Source: Amoebophrya sp. A120 (Eukaryota > Protista > Dinoflagellata). Taken from it: a stretch of 64,000 nt of DNA. The position numbers were made by a program, and so were the translations under genes. Under the pieces are notes generated by a model that made no database searches, was not told the DNA's origin, and saw only the letters and a list, made by a program, of their open reading frames with translations. The stretch covers positions 4,366,258 to 4,430,257 of the forward strand of contig CAJINV010000007.1 of the NCBI GenBank assembly GCA_905178155.1, read 5' to 3'. Shown in pieces: positions 12,418 to 25,232 of the stretch (the stretch's first letter is position 1; the number at the start of each line of letters is the position of its first letter).

Positions 12418-14918
12418 TTATTTCAGCGTGATAGGCAATCGCGGCGGCAATCGAAAAGTTGGCACGTGCCCTCGGTTTTGCGCGTCGACGTAAGAAAGCT
12501 CTTGTCCCGGAGACGGTGGTGGACCGCCACCCGCTGCGCCTGGCGTTTTGCCATAGATCGCATCGTCTTCCTGTTCCTGCGTTGGCTTGTCGGGGGAAAA
12601 AGTAGTGAGTCTCTAATGACTCGGGAGGTGCATACAGGAAGCACTCCGAGGTGGAGGTCTCAGAATCGCATGAAAAATTGAAATACACTCTGCAGCTCCT
12701 CCTCGTCCATGCGTACAACTGTCTTTCTATTTCATCAGATCAAATTTATTATGTAGCAAAATCGCAGAAAAATGAAAGGTCAACTGGCCAGTTTGCCATG
12801 CCCGTTTTTCATGACTACGAGCGGCCTTCCTGTAAGTACAGCGACACATACTAGATCCTCCTACTTATTTCACATCCCATATGGCCACCCGAACCTGAGT
12901 TCCGTGTCCAAACTCGGGTCCTCCGGCGGTTTGTAGAAGTCGAAAGGCGGTCTCGTCATGGCATCCGGCGGCACCCGATTTTTCCGCGACGCGTGCTTCG
13001 GAACACCGCCCACCCGGGGCTCGTTTTTGCATTCCATACCGCATGTGTAAAAGTTCTTTTTCGACCCGTCGCCGCAGCAGAGGATCCGTCCGTTTTCGTC
13101 GCGGGGAACGCCTTTCATGCTAAAGCTAATTTGCGGCACGGCAAACGAGGTTATGGGATCGTTTCAACGATTAAAATTAAAAAAATTAATTTTTATTTAT
13201 TCAAGAGGTCATACAAAATGAAAATCATCAGAGTGCGACGTGGAAACTGCCGTCGTCGCGGGCCTCCGAGGTGAACGTCTCCGGATTGTGTTTTGTTTAT
13301 GGTAATGAAATAGCTAGACACGTCCCAACTTCAGCTAGTTAAAATGGTATGTAGTTGAACAAGGTTTAAGAATGCAAAGGAAGCAGGAAGCTTGGCTCCG
13401 TCTTTGCGGCCCACAAGCTGGGCGTCTGCGTGGTCCCTCGCTCTCCGGCTCGTCTGGGGCCCCGTCACGTAGCAGCGACGCTATGCTGGTTTCGACCGGT
13501 GGAGTTTATGGGGCAATGTGATGGCTTTCGAATACATCCCAAGAGGAAGCTGGTGCGGCAAAGCCTGAAAATGTGTGGCGTTGTAGTATTGAGATCTCGC
13601 ACCTCAACGGACGGAGCAACTTTCGTGGTTTTGGTCATCAGTTTCAGAGTGGGAGTTCCTGAGTTCCTTTTAGAGCTGGAGGATCGCGATTAATTAGACG
13701 CCCAGAGACGTCCAAAAAGACGTCTATTTTCCGCGATATGGAAATGGATTGACTAAGTGGGAATAGCCAAAGTTAATGACGTCCCTGGGGACGTCTCTGG
13801 GAGACGTCCCGCAAGCTCATTTTTGGCATCAAAATGAGGCGCGTCAAAAGTTGACGCTTTTCCTTACGAAAAAGCTACTCTTTAGGATGCTTTTGCCCAA
13901 CATATCCGCAGCGTCGCCTCCTCCACCGTTCTGCTCGCGATACTCCTGCAGGGCCTCACTGGGCTCCGTGTCGGTTGGCGTCGCCTTCTCCGGGCCCAAG
14001 ATATCGGCCAGCAGCTCTTCTCTGCGCGCGTGGATCCCCCCCATGTATTTCCGGCGTCCGGAGGGGGCGCGGAGGAGGGCCCGGATCGCCCTGGCGACGT
14101 TCTCCATACCAAGGCGCTTGGTATTAGAACTGCTCCTGCCGCGATGACAGACTCCAGCTTCCATATCATTTCAACTAGCTTAAGTTGGGACGTGTCTAGT
14201 TATTTCATTACCATGAACAAAACACAAGCCGGAGATGTTCACCTGGGAGGCCCGCGACGGCGGCAGTTCCCGCATCACCTTCTGATGATTTTCATTTTAT
14301 ATAACCCCTTGAATTGCAAAAAATTAATTTTTTTTATTTTAATCGTTGAAACGATCCCATAGAGGTGAAGGCTCTGTGGGTTTTGTTTCGGAAAATCATG
14401 CTGTTTGTGTTTTCTGCAGAAATAGGACGAAGGTGGTCGTGTCTGGCGCGGCTCTCGCAGGCACCGCTGCTGTTCGGGGTAACGGCCGCGACCTCTTGTT
14501 GGGACAGCAATCCGCCGTCGGTATTGATAGAAAAAAGTTCCTGCAACCTGAGCAATGGCATCTTCGTCTGACTGCGATTTGTATTTTTCGTTTTATTGCT
14601 TGCAACTCCGAAAGGATTTTGCCGATTTCTCTTTCTGGTGGTTCTATCTTGCTAAAATGAAATCGGTAGTCCAACTAGATGTGGTGATCGACGACCACAA
14701 GGCCCTTCCTCGCTGCGGATATGGAGTACTGATGTGTACGAAATGCGATGATGAATGTTCTTGGAAGAGGAAGACGAGGGGGGACAATGCTTAATAACCG
14801 TTCGCCAGATCGAAATGAAGCACTGCAGTGTTAAACACATCTGCGCTTTGGCTTTTCCCTCACAAAAACTGCGCAGCCGCGACCGCGACTCGTCGGCAGG
14901 GCCGGTTTTTGCGGCCAA
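12418..14918 (-). CDS. Hypothetical protein, 5' end unresolved; one GT-AG intron (14652-14798) and two TIR-element introns
   Basis: Removing 14652-14798, 13152-14361 plus one TSD, and 12588-12881 plus one TSD gives one continuous 280-codon frame: ...ISIWRT|QDRTT...KTHRAFT|SFAVPQ...LRFGWP|TQEQEDDAIY...PITLK*. Confidence 0.65.
12588..12881. mobile_element. Degenerate TIR introner-like element (294 bp) acting as a non-canonical intron
   Basis: Flanks tggct (12583-87) and tggcc (12882-86); ends TGT...ATA; imperfect TIR (gggaaaaagtagtgagtctcta vs reverse complement gtgaaataagtaggaggatcta); excision restores frame. Confidence 0.7.
13152..14361. mobile_element. 1210-bp DNA transposon with ~200-bp TIRs and 5-bp TSD, acting as a non-canonical intron
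   Basis: TIRs 13152-13351 and 14162-14361 (TATGGGATCGTTTCAACGATTAAAA...); TSD gaggt at 13147-51 and 14362-66; excision restores frame. Confidence 0.93.
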
Positions 14919-16206
14919 CTCAGGATGAAAAGCGAAACGAATACGAAAACGACTGGCACAACTAACTAGCTCTGCGCAATAGAAGTACGAAAACCAGTGA
15001 AGGAATTTTCTCGTCGCACTACACCTCCTGCTCTCCTTCCTGTTTGCGCCTCCAAGAAGGGCAAAGTAGTGGTTAGCGAGCTAGTGGAAGCGAGTTGTAA
15101 ACATCTTCTAGCGACGACAACGAAAATTAAATGAAAAAGCGACACCGACAGGCAACGAACAAAGAAGGAGAGAAAATGAACATCCTTCAGTTCTTGCAGT
15201 ACTCAGAAATCTTGTTTTGTGTTACAGGTAGCAAACTCGTCAAACTTCTAATGATGGTTCGAAACATGCGTTCTGCTGGCACTAGAGGTCGATTTCCTTT
15301 TGCTTTTGCAGTAAACTGCATATGGAGCAGCTGGTGTGTGTGCGGCAGGTAATATTAGCTGTGACCGCAAGACGAGGTCGACGGGGTGGAACTGGTGCAG
15401 CCCCAGCTACAGAAGTGCAACAGCTTGTTCTGTAAACGCACTTGTTGATAGACAAGCTATGTGTTTTTTTAATTTACGTAGTCTGACAAAATTTCTCACG
15501 TGAAACCGACAAAAAAAAATGAAAAGACCGTAGCACCGGTAAGCGCAGCGCTTTCGAATGGAGTAATTCCCAATCCCTATGTGAATATAGTAGGCTGCTC
15601 TGCAGGCTTACTAGGAAGAAAGGATGCATGTAAATTGAAAAAAAAGCGACGGAGAATCGTGGTGACAATGAAGTTCAGTCTTCATATGAAAGACATTCAG
15701 AACGCAGGTTAGCTACGAGTCTATGTACTTAAATGCACGCAAAATGACATCGCATCAATATGTCACACTGCTCGAAGCTCAGTAGGCACGCTGCTCGCCC
15801 ATTCGGGTAAGTCAATGAATACATGCCGACGAGCAACCATAGCGTAACTTCATATTTTTAGACCTAGCAGCGCATTTCGAAGGAGATCATCCAACTGGGT
15901 GTTGGGTAGACTCCACAAGTTGCACCGAATATCGTAGAGAGGTAACGACAGCTGCGAAGAAAGCTACTGCACGACCAATCCAACACTACTTTGTGACAGC
16001 GCCAACTAGCGCGTAAATCACGACTATCTTTTGAATCCATACATCGAGGACGACCTACGAAAATTCAAATTGTCCATGACTACGTCTACTTCAAGGAACA
16101 CTGAAATTCCGTACTTTCCGCTGGTTTCTCGTGCCATTACCGCAGGCACGAGCCCGCAGCAAAAAGCATCATCTACCGTGCGATGTTGCCAATAAATGAT
16201 CTCTTC

Positions 16207-17937
16207 TTACTCCTTATGCACGACCTCGGAGCGGATACTGCGGAGCACGGGCTGCATGGTGTTGATATGTTCCTGCGATGGCAGCGGCACGTCCTCCAGG
16301 CGCCGCGCGTGCTCTTCCGTCAGCAGGGCCGCGTGGGAGCGGCGGTGGCTCTTGCGTTCCATCTGCGAGGCGGACTGTTCCAACTCGTGCGAGATCGCGT
16401 GCGAGATCGCCTTCGCCATCTTTGCCTTGCTGTACTCCTCCTGCAGCACCTTTTCGTCCTTCGTGCTCATGCGCCGCTTCTGCTCGGCGTCTAGTATGCG
16501 CTTGACCAGCGTTTGCTTCTCCTGGCGCAGCTGCTCCTGCATCTTGTCGATCAGTTGCAGCTTCGCGACCCGTTCCAGCTGTTCCTGGTCTAACAATTCC
16601 TTTGCGTGCTGCTGGCCGTAGCGACGGTGCCGCTCCTCGAAGGACCGCATGAAGGTCTGGGAGTGCATGGCCTTTTCCAGACACTCCGCGGACGCCGCCT
16701 TCCCGAAGACTTTGTTCACCTTCCCGGTCCCAAATTCCTTAATCCTGCGGTTTTGCTCGCTCCAGCACTGGAGCGCCACCTTGTTCTGGTCGATCTCGCG
16801 CAACTCTTCCGCCATCTCCTCGTCCGCCTTTTGCTGCGACACCCGGCTGGCCTTTTCCTCGTCCATCAGATGCAGGGCGAGCCGCTGCATCAGCTTCCGC
16901 TGCATATTGTCGTACGACACCTCCAACTCGTCGTTGATGGTTTTGCGAAACGGCGCCGCCGCGGAGTACTTGTGGCCTCCGCCGAAATCCAGGTACTTGA
17001 AGTTCTGCGAGCCCGCCTTGGCGGATTTGAAGAACAGCCTGCCGTTGACGGAACTGTTGTTCTCGCCGTTATTCTCCACGTTAGAAAACACTGTCGTGGC
17101 CTGTTTCAGGACGTGCTCCACAAACTGCTCGTCGCTCGCGTTGATCGGTTCCTGCATGTGGTCGAAGAACAGCTGGCAATTCTTAAACACCGTGTTGCGA
17201 ATGCGCTGCTTCAACGCCTTGCACTGCGCCTTTTTCATCGGGGACGCGTCCTTGGGGCACACGAAAAACCCGATGGGCACCATCTCGTCGAGTCGCTGAC
17301 CGGACTTGTCGTTGTGGACCACACGGACCGTGTACGAACACCTGAAGTTGGTGATTTCAAGAATCCGTTACTAGTTGTTATGTGTGACAATCTATAGCGA
17401 GCTTCCGACATGGTATATTGAAAATCATCGAGGCTGTTGTATCTAGCTGCATAAATCAAATCCCTCTATCCAATACCAGTGCGGTTCGTTTTTCGCGCAC
17501 AGGTCCGCGGAAACCAGCATGCACTCGTGGTGACTGGAGTCGTCGGAATGTCCGCCGGCCTTGCAGACCTCCAATTTTTCGAACCGCTTCGTCCAGGTGA
17601 ACACGGCGAAGCACGGATCTTTTTTCGTCACCGAAGTTTTGCACAGCTGTTCCCAGGAGGTGATCGCGTCGCCGAGGTTGGCGTCCTTATTGGGTTCGAA
17701 CCACTCCGGCTGGGAGTGGCGCACCAGATCCAGCTGCGAGCCCGAGGACCGGTGGCCGGCGAGAGACTTCCGCGCCTTGCCGTGAAGCCCGGCCGTGGAG
17801 TTGCTCGGCGACGTTGCGGGGGAAGAGGCAGCCGTGCTTGCGTTGGAAAGATTTCCGGAAGACTTTTGCATCTTCATCGCCGGAACCGCAGGGACGGAAC
17901 CCTGGCGGATCGGAGGACGAAAAATGGCGGTGGCCAT
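16207..17937 (-). CDS. Hypothetical protein with coiled-coil C-terminus (~531 aa); intron 17342-17476
   Basis: GT-AG intron joins the two ORFs in frame (EPHW|CSYTVRVVHN); GC3-rich codons; the 3' end may extend through further introns. Confidence 0.75.
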
Positions 17938-19049
17938 CGTCGGGTGTTCGGGGGTTTTTGGCTTCAAGAAGCAGGGACTCGCTGCTTGTTGTTGTTCTTG
18001 GAATTGATTCGTTGTTGTTATTCACTGCCGTACTCTTCGTAGCCCTCAGTATTTTACTGTTGGTGGTGTGCTGCCACGACACGACGATCTTCTTGTTCTT
18101 TCTTTACACTGAAATAAAATTGACTAGGATACGTATGTAATGCACTATCGACTTGTTTTGGAAAAAAGTAATCGCAGGTGAAAATGTTCTGCAGTAGTTT
18201 TACTTTTGCTTGTGCACGACAGTACTAGAAGCCTAGCGGCGATAGAGAGTGAGAGCGTCGTGCACTGTTTTTAAAGGGGGAAACAGAAGAAACGGGGGGC
18301 TGTGGTGCACTACACCTTGTGCAACCTGGTACTCGAAAAATTGGCGTGATTACGGAACCAAAAAATGCTGATACACTTTATAATGAATGCAAAAGAATCA
18401 ACATCACCGACGTTCGTAGTAGAGGCACGTCGTAGGTAGGTGATACACTTAGCGATTTCAAGATGAAGCTGCACGACAAGACGTTCATCTGCATTGTGAT
18501 TGTTCTTGTACGACTTCCGACTCAATAAGTGCACGAACCGATCTATGTTTCTGCAGAAAACGGACAGACCTACTAGCAATCACCGAGTAGAGTCGTGCTA
18601 GTGCTAGAACTATGATCATCATATTAGTTGAAAAATTTCTATTTGTCACCGTCACGACCGAAAAGCTATATCCGTTTCTTGTCTAGCTCTAGCAACGGAA
18701 GCTGCAACGTAGCAGCAGAAGCTGCCACGTGGGAACATATTGCAATTCTTCGAATTTCGTCATCTCGCGTGGACAGACACGGAGGTTGCACAAAAGTTGG
18801 CTTTGTTCTTCATACTAGAGCAACTGCAGAAAAGTTTCCGACGAAGGGAATCATGTAAAACAATCACAGTGTTTACTTTGTCACAAGCAGAACCTGGATG
18901 TCGTGTGAGACCACAAATCAAAAGATCTACTTTGTTCGTGATCGCGATTATCACTCGCAGGGGCAGCTTACACTTTTGATTTACTGATGAACAGCCGCAT
19001 ATCCATCCGAGGATGGTGGACCTGCTTAATACTGCTGCGAAGCGGCATC

Positions 19050-22000
19050 TTACTTCTTCTTCCGTCCACCCTTCTTTTTCTTTCCTCCGTCGTCGGAGTC
19101 CCAATTTATTGGCGCCTCCTCCTCCAATGTAACATTTGCCGCCCCGCGTTGCTTCTTATTATTTGCAGCGGCGCCGCCACCTTGCTGTGGCTGGTCCCCA
19201 GCACCGTCCGCCGCCGCGGCCGCCTTCTTCGCGCGCTTCTTCGCGGCCGCGCCCATCTTCTGGCCTGGTGCGGCTTGCTTGTTGGTGTTACCTTCGTCGT
19301 CGTCATCTGAGTCCGGCGCGCTGGGGTTTCCGGTTGCAGCTGCAGAGGGCGTGTTGCCGCCAGAGAGATTATTTCTACTCGCAGTGCTGTTCTTCCCACC
19401 GCCAGGTGTCCCCGCGTTGCTGTCGTTCTTTGGCTTGTTGCTGTTGCTCGCATTGCTTTTCCTCTGCTCAGACACGGAAGTGGATTTTGCATCCACAACT
19501 TCCGGCTGTGCGACGTCGTCCGCAGCATCGTCGTCACAGGACGAGCTCTGCATCTCGTAGTACTCGCCAACCTTCGCTTCAAACTCATCCGGATCCAGAA
19601 CGCCAACGTCCCGCGCGGTTCCCTCGATGTTCAGATGGACGCAGGAGAGCAAGAGCCCGTTATTCCAGGCACCGCCCACTTTCGCCCGTTTTACCTCTTT
19701 GCCGTCCGGGCCGACTTCGCCTTCCGGGACAACGACCACAATGGCACCCTCGGAGGGCACGTCGTTGAACTGGTTGGTCACGATGGAGATCGTTTCATTC
19801 GTGATTTTGTCGTTCACGTCAATTTCCAGTGCGTAGGTGCCCTTCTTCTTCATCGCCTCGGAGCTGGTGACTTTGCCGATCTTGTACTTCGTGAGCTTCG
19901 AAGTCGGCGCTGGTTTTGCCGCAGCGGAAGTGGAGGAGGTGGACGAGGCCTTGTTCGCTGGTTCTGCTGGTGGTGCAGGTGCTGGCTTCGAGGGTGTTAT
20001 TTCCTCAGTTGCGTCGCTTTCCTCTTCTTCGACCACAGCGGACTTCTTGTTGCCCTTTTTGTTCTTCGTATTTCGCGCTGGCGGATCGAAGTTTTTCTTC
20101 TTATTCTTAGCGAGCGCAGCCAAATCGACTTCGTCATCACTCTCTTCCTCCTCAGACTCCTCGACCTTTGCCGCTGGTGCTTTCTTCTTGGCAAAAGCGG
20201 CTAAATCCACTTCGCTATCAGAATCCTCCTCTTCGGAGTTGTTCTGTTCGCTATTCGATGCCTTGGGAGTAGGCTCTTCCTCTTCCTTTTCGTCTTTGCT
20301 ACTAGAGGACGGTGATGGCGCGGATTCCTTGCCTTTGGACTTTCTTTCTGCAGTTTCGTCTGGTTCTACTGCTACGGCATCGAACTTTTTCTTCATCTTG
20401 TCGAGCTTTTTTGGGTCTTCCTTTTTCTCTTCCACCTCGTCCGACTCCGAAGTGGATTTTTTGTTGTTTTCGACGTCATTTACAGTAGATTTCTTCGGCT
20501 GTTCCTCCTCCTCCTCATCCGACTGCTCATATTTCACTCGCTTTCGCTTCTTTTTTTTCTTTTCCTCAAGCGCCGCCGCCTCCTCGTCGCTGTCCGCGTA
20601 CTTGGTGGATTTTTTTTTCTTCTCTTTCTTTTCCTTTTTCTTCTTTTTCTTCAAATCCTCGTCCTCGGAATCCAAATCCGGCACGTCAATCCACGGAGCT
20701 GCATCGTCAGACGAGCCGGCTGTGCCGGTCAGAGTCGGCTTTCTGCTGTCGCCGTCGAAGAGGAGTTTCTCCTTTTCCGCTTCGGCTCTTTGCTTCTCTG
20801 CCTCCTCTGCGTCCTTCTTGGCTTGTTCCTCGGCCTGCTGCTTTGCTTGCTCCTTCTTCAGCATCTGCCGCTCCTTCGCCGTCATCTTCTTCTTTTTCCC
20901 GCCCTCGTTGCCCGGGGAGGCGTCTTGATCGGCGTTTTCCTCCGCCGGGGCGTCGTCGTCGTCGTCAGCTGCAACGGTCTTGTTGGCCTGTGGGAGGTGG
21001 AGTCAAAAGTTGAGATTTGAAAGGAAGACCAAAAAGAAACACAGACGGATGAATTTGGATTGCAGCTTTGCGTGGAACGAGGGCATGACCATTAGCGAAA
21101 GTAATTCATTTGCAGTATGACATTAAAAGCCGCACTTCCACTACTTACCTTCTTTTTCGCCTGAATCCCCGCACTGACGTCCACTTCTCGCACTGCCAGA
21201 CCCAACTTCTGTCGCTTTTCCTCCCGTTCCCTAGCACGCTGCATCGCGATCAGCTCGATCTCCTCCTCCCGCTCTGCGAGCTGGGACAGCACGTCTTGCC
21301 GGTAGCCTTCGAACCCGCGCGGGTGCCTTCTGATCTGCGCCGTGTTTGGCTTGACGACGGGGTCGTGGAGCGCCACCACCCAGAGCGTGCAATCCACCGC
21401 TTGGATCAATCGGGCGTCGTGGGTTACGAGAATAACACCGCCGTCGTATCGGCCGAGCTGTTTTTGTAATTGAAAAATTTGAATATTTTTATGATGCTGT
21501 TGATGCATCATGGTCGCGCACGACTCTACTAGCTAGCGGCTCTGATGCAGGACGACGATGATTTCCTTTGTAAGAACCATCCGCATGATCGGCATCACAC
21601 ATACGGAAAACAAGAAATCAAACGACCCCTTGGAAGAAATTAATACCGCGTCAATAAGCGCCTCCACGGATTCGATATCCAAGTGATTTGTCGGTTCGTC
21701 CAACACCACAATGTGCGGCTGGCTCAACGACAAAGCCGCAAACGCAACCCGCGCCTTCTGACCCCCGGACAGGTTGCCGATTTTCGTCAAGTGCGCAAAC
21801 GACGGCAATCCGAACTGGCCGAGAGACGCGCGCGCTTTTTCCTGAGAAGAAATCCCCGCCTTCTGGAAATCCGACATCAAATACTCCACCCCATTCTTGT
21901 CCAACGGCAGTAACTCATCAAAGTGCTGATGGTAGTGCCCGACCCGCAACGCGTTCGCGTGTCGCACCTCACCCTCGCACGGCTGGAGCTTCTTCAACAT

Positions 22001-25000
22001 CAAATTTAAAAATGTCGATTTACCGACACCGTTGGGCCCGACGATCGCGATGCGGCTCGTCGTGTCACATCCGAAATCCAGCTCATCCAGCAAATAGGGC
22101 TGCTCCCCGTCGTAGGAAAAGCACACGTCGGACACGTTCAAGCCGCCAATACCGGAATCTTGCCCGAGGCCGAAGAAGTTGAATTTGACAATGTAGTCCT
22201 TGATCTTTTCGTGGATGTCGTTGATACTGTCCAGATTGAACTTTTTCTTCACCTGCTCCTCCGCTTTGTCCTTCGCCATGCCGGATCGTTTCAGCATCTT
22301 AAACTCGTCCTGCATCTTCTTCAACTCTCTGGCATGCTCCAGCTTCTTCTGCCCAAGCATCTTCTTAAACCCGGAGTATCCCCCACGGTAGTAGAAGAGC
22401 TGCTGCTGGTCCAAATGGATCACGTCGGTGCAAATCGCGTCGAGGAAGTCGGCGTCGTGGGAAACGCAAATGACTGTGTGGGGGTATTCCTCGGAAAGGT
22501 AGTTGTCGAGCCAGAGGACCGCGTCGAGATCCAAGTGGTTGGTCGGTTCATCGAGAAGGAGAAGTTTGGGCTGCAGGAAAAGGGCTTTCGCGAGGGAAAT
22601 GCGCATACGCCAACCACCGGAGAAGGTTTCGACCTGAGCGAGATTTTCGATGGTTGAAGATGGTGTTCTGAGCGTGATCTGATGCTGACTTTCTTGAAAA
22701 AACAAAAATGCTAAATGAATATGAATGCTTTTGTTCGAACAGGTAATGGCAGATATTCCGCAATCATGGCCAATGAATCATCACCAATAAAAGCACTTCC
22801 GCTATTTGGTATACCGTCTGCGTCTGCATTTTCTTGGTGAACCCGAGGCCGGTTAAAATTTTCCTCACGGTCGACTCCAACGCGTTCGCGTTCCGCGCGT
22901 CCAGCTCGGCGGAGACTTCTTCCAACCGTTGCCTAGTTTTTTCCATCTTATCCTGTGCAAAAGTATCGCACTCGTATAAATGCAAGTCTTGCATTACAAA
23001 TCTTTTTCATAAGGCAAATCCGCATTACAAATTTTATTTCTCATGCTGAGCCAATTTGTAATGCATTTATACGAGTACGATACTTTTGCAGTTCATACAT
23101 CTCCACCGCGTCCAATTTGCTGTCAGCATCGTCGGCCGATTCCAACCTCTCCATCAACGCCTTCTCCTCGTCTAACAGTTCCACGCACTTCACGTCCGAA
23201 GCCATCACCTCCTCGACGACGTTTTTGTTGCTCGCCTTCGCCTCCTGTTCCACCAGCAAGATGTCCCAGTCCAGCGGCACGGGCAGTTCCCGCTTCGCGA
23301 TGTGCCGTAGCAGCGTCGTCTTACCCATACCGTTGGGCCCGAGAAAGCCGTACCGGTGTCCCTGCACGACTTTGAAGTTTGCGTTTTTGAACAGCCAGTT
23401 TCCGGCGGCGGCGAGGGAGAAGCCCTCACACACCGCGGAGTCGCCGGAGGGCGGGTGGATGACCTGCCCGCCGGGTACGACGATAGAGAAAGCTTTCAAA
23501 TCACCAGTAGCGGCATCGTCGTCCGGGTTGTGATACCTGATAGATTGTGGGGGGGAGGGGATCATTTGCGCTGCGAAAGAGCTTGGTTTCGTATGTATGA
23601 GGCGTAGGAAAGCACAAGCAACACCTACAAACACGGTGCTACGGCTACCATCAAAAAAAAGCAGTGAAATAAAGAATCAATACTTTGTCTCCGCCGTGTG
23701 TCTTTCCAACATTTTCTTCTCCTTCGCCGTGAGTTTTTCCCCATTCGCTTGTCGCTGTTTCAGATCTTCGACCTTCTCGTCCAAAGTCTTGTCGTTTCTC
23801 GCATCGACCACCAGCCCGACGTTGACCGCACTGGATTCCATATCAGCGTTCTCCTGTGCCTCCGTCGCCGCGAAGGACTTCGCGTGGAAATCCGGTTGGA
23901 AAAAAAGGAGTGATTTGGACTCCTCGAGGGTGGTTTCAAATTCGATCTCTTGCTCTTCGGGTTTCAAGATTTTTTTCTGTTTTATCGTCCCGTAGTACCC
24001 GGCGCTGGTTTCGACACCCCGTTCCCCGGTGTTATCATTTAAACTCGTCCACTTCTTCACCGCGGGGTCGACGTTTGCCGTTGGGGCCATCGTGAGAAAG
24101 AAAACCGTGGTTGGCCTGGCGCAAGTGAAGGTCAGTTTCTTCGCTTTCCCCGAGCAACGGAGAAAACCGAAACCGGTCGCGGGCGTGAACTCCCCGAGGG
24201 AAAGAAACTCCTCCGCATTTTTCGTGCCCGCAGCGACACCGGCGCGAACCAAGCCGGACCCGACATTACGGACGGACGGTTGGAGCTTTGGGTCGGCCTG
24301 AAATGGAGAAATCGGAATGATGGTGGAAGGTTTTTTTCCGAAAATAGGTTTCTTTCACTACGGTATACGGCTGCTACTAGGAACTCATGGAACGTAACGC
24401 AAGATGTAGATCCATCGTGCGTGAGAAAACGTGTTTTTATTTCTGGTGAAATTTGCAATTACACAATGAGTATCAGAATCATCAGCTATCTGTATACATC
24501 TGTCGCCAGTGTCTTGAACGTTCCCGTCGCGAGCAGATCGTGGACCACGCGCCCTTCCATCATGTTTCCAATTTTGTCGGAGACCAATGAGTCCCCCTTC
24601 AGGTCCAGCTCTTCCAAACTTCTGTCTTTCTCCCCTCCGGCGTCGTCCAACCCGGCGAACATGTCCTTTGCCTTCTCCGTTTCCTGCTTCTTTTTCTCCT
24701 TTTCCGCGTTTTTCGTTTTCTGTTCCTGCTCTTTTTTCCTCAAGAGCTCCTGCACGATAGACGTGTTGCCCGACGCATCGTCGTCGTTCATCTGGATCTT
24801 TTTCGCCGCCGCCTGCTTGTTCGCGGTCTGGTCCTTATTTCGCTTGTCCAGCGCTTTGTCCTTGTCCTGTTTCAGGTAGTTATCCGCGTTGGTCAGGTCG
24901 GTTTTCTTGATATCCCCGACGGAATCCCACATCGTCATCTCCTCCTCGTCCGAATCGCCGCGGCGCTTTGGCCGAACTTTTTTCTCCTTCTTCTCTGCGC

Positions 25001-25058
25001 CATCGCCGGTCTTGTCCTTCTTCTCCTTCTTTTCCTTCTTCTCCTTGTCGGCCGCCAT
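19050..25058 (-). CDS. ABC-F family ATPase (GCN20/ABCF-like) with C-terminal tRNA-binding OB-fold domain, ~1658 aa
   Basis: Two nucleotide-binding domains: GPNGMGKT, FSGGWRMR, LLLLDEPTNHLD; GPNGVGKS, LSGGQKAR, VVLDEPTNHLD, VTHD; no transmembrane segments. GT-AG introns 24298-24497, 23537-23683, 22634-22814, 21458-21646, 20988-21148 plus TIR intron 22949-23097. Spliced length 4977 nt is a multiple of 3. Confidence 0.93.
22949..23097. mobile_element. TIR introner-like element (149 bp), non-canonical intron
   Basis: TSD catct (22944-48, 23098-102); TAT...ATA ends; 29-bp inverted repeat tgcaaaagtatcg(c/t)actcgtataaatgca at 22956-84 and 23062-90; excision gives AVEM|EKTRQRL in frame. Confidence 0.9.
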
Positions 25059-25232
25059 TTTGGAGGGAGTTTTTAGGCGATCAAAGATAGAAAGGCTCTA
25101 CGTAAATTAGCAGAAAGGAATCTAAGAAGATCTTCACAAAGATACACAGGAGGTTCAGATTCTCTGATGTCAACTACACAATATCAACCAGTACTTGATG
25201 TCGCTGTAAACAAAGTATGATAGGCCTCCAAG

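Noticed and set aside
12423-12718. Stop-codon reassignment as an explanation for the broken ORFs
   Set aside because: Frames are restored by intron or element removal, and TAA, TAG and TGA all serve as plausible gene ends in the window.
19837-20928. 363-aa plus-strand ORF, and many similar F/S/L-rich plus-strand ORFs
   Set aside because: Antisense shadows of K/E-rich minus-strand exons.
22953-23106. Alternative in-frame GT-AG reading of the ABC-F intron (GTGGAG...CACAG)
   Set aside because: Possible, but the exact CATCT duplication with TAT...ATA ends matches the nine other elements. cDNA is needed to exclude it.
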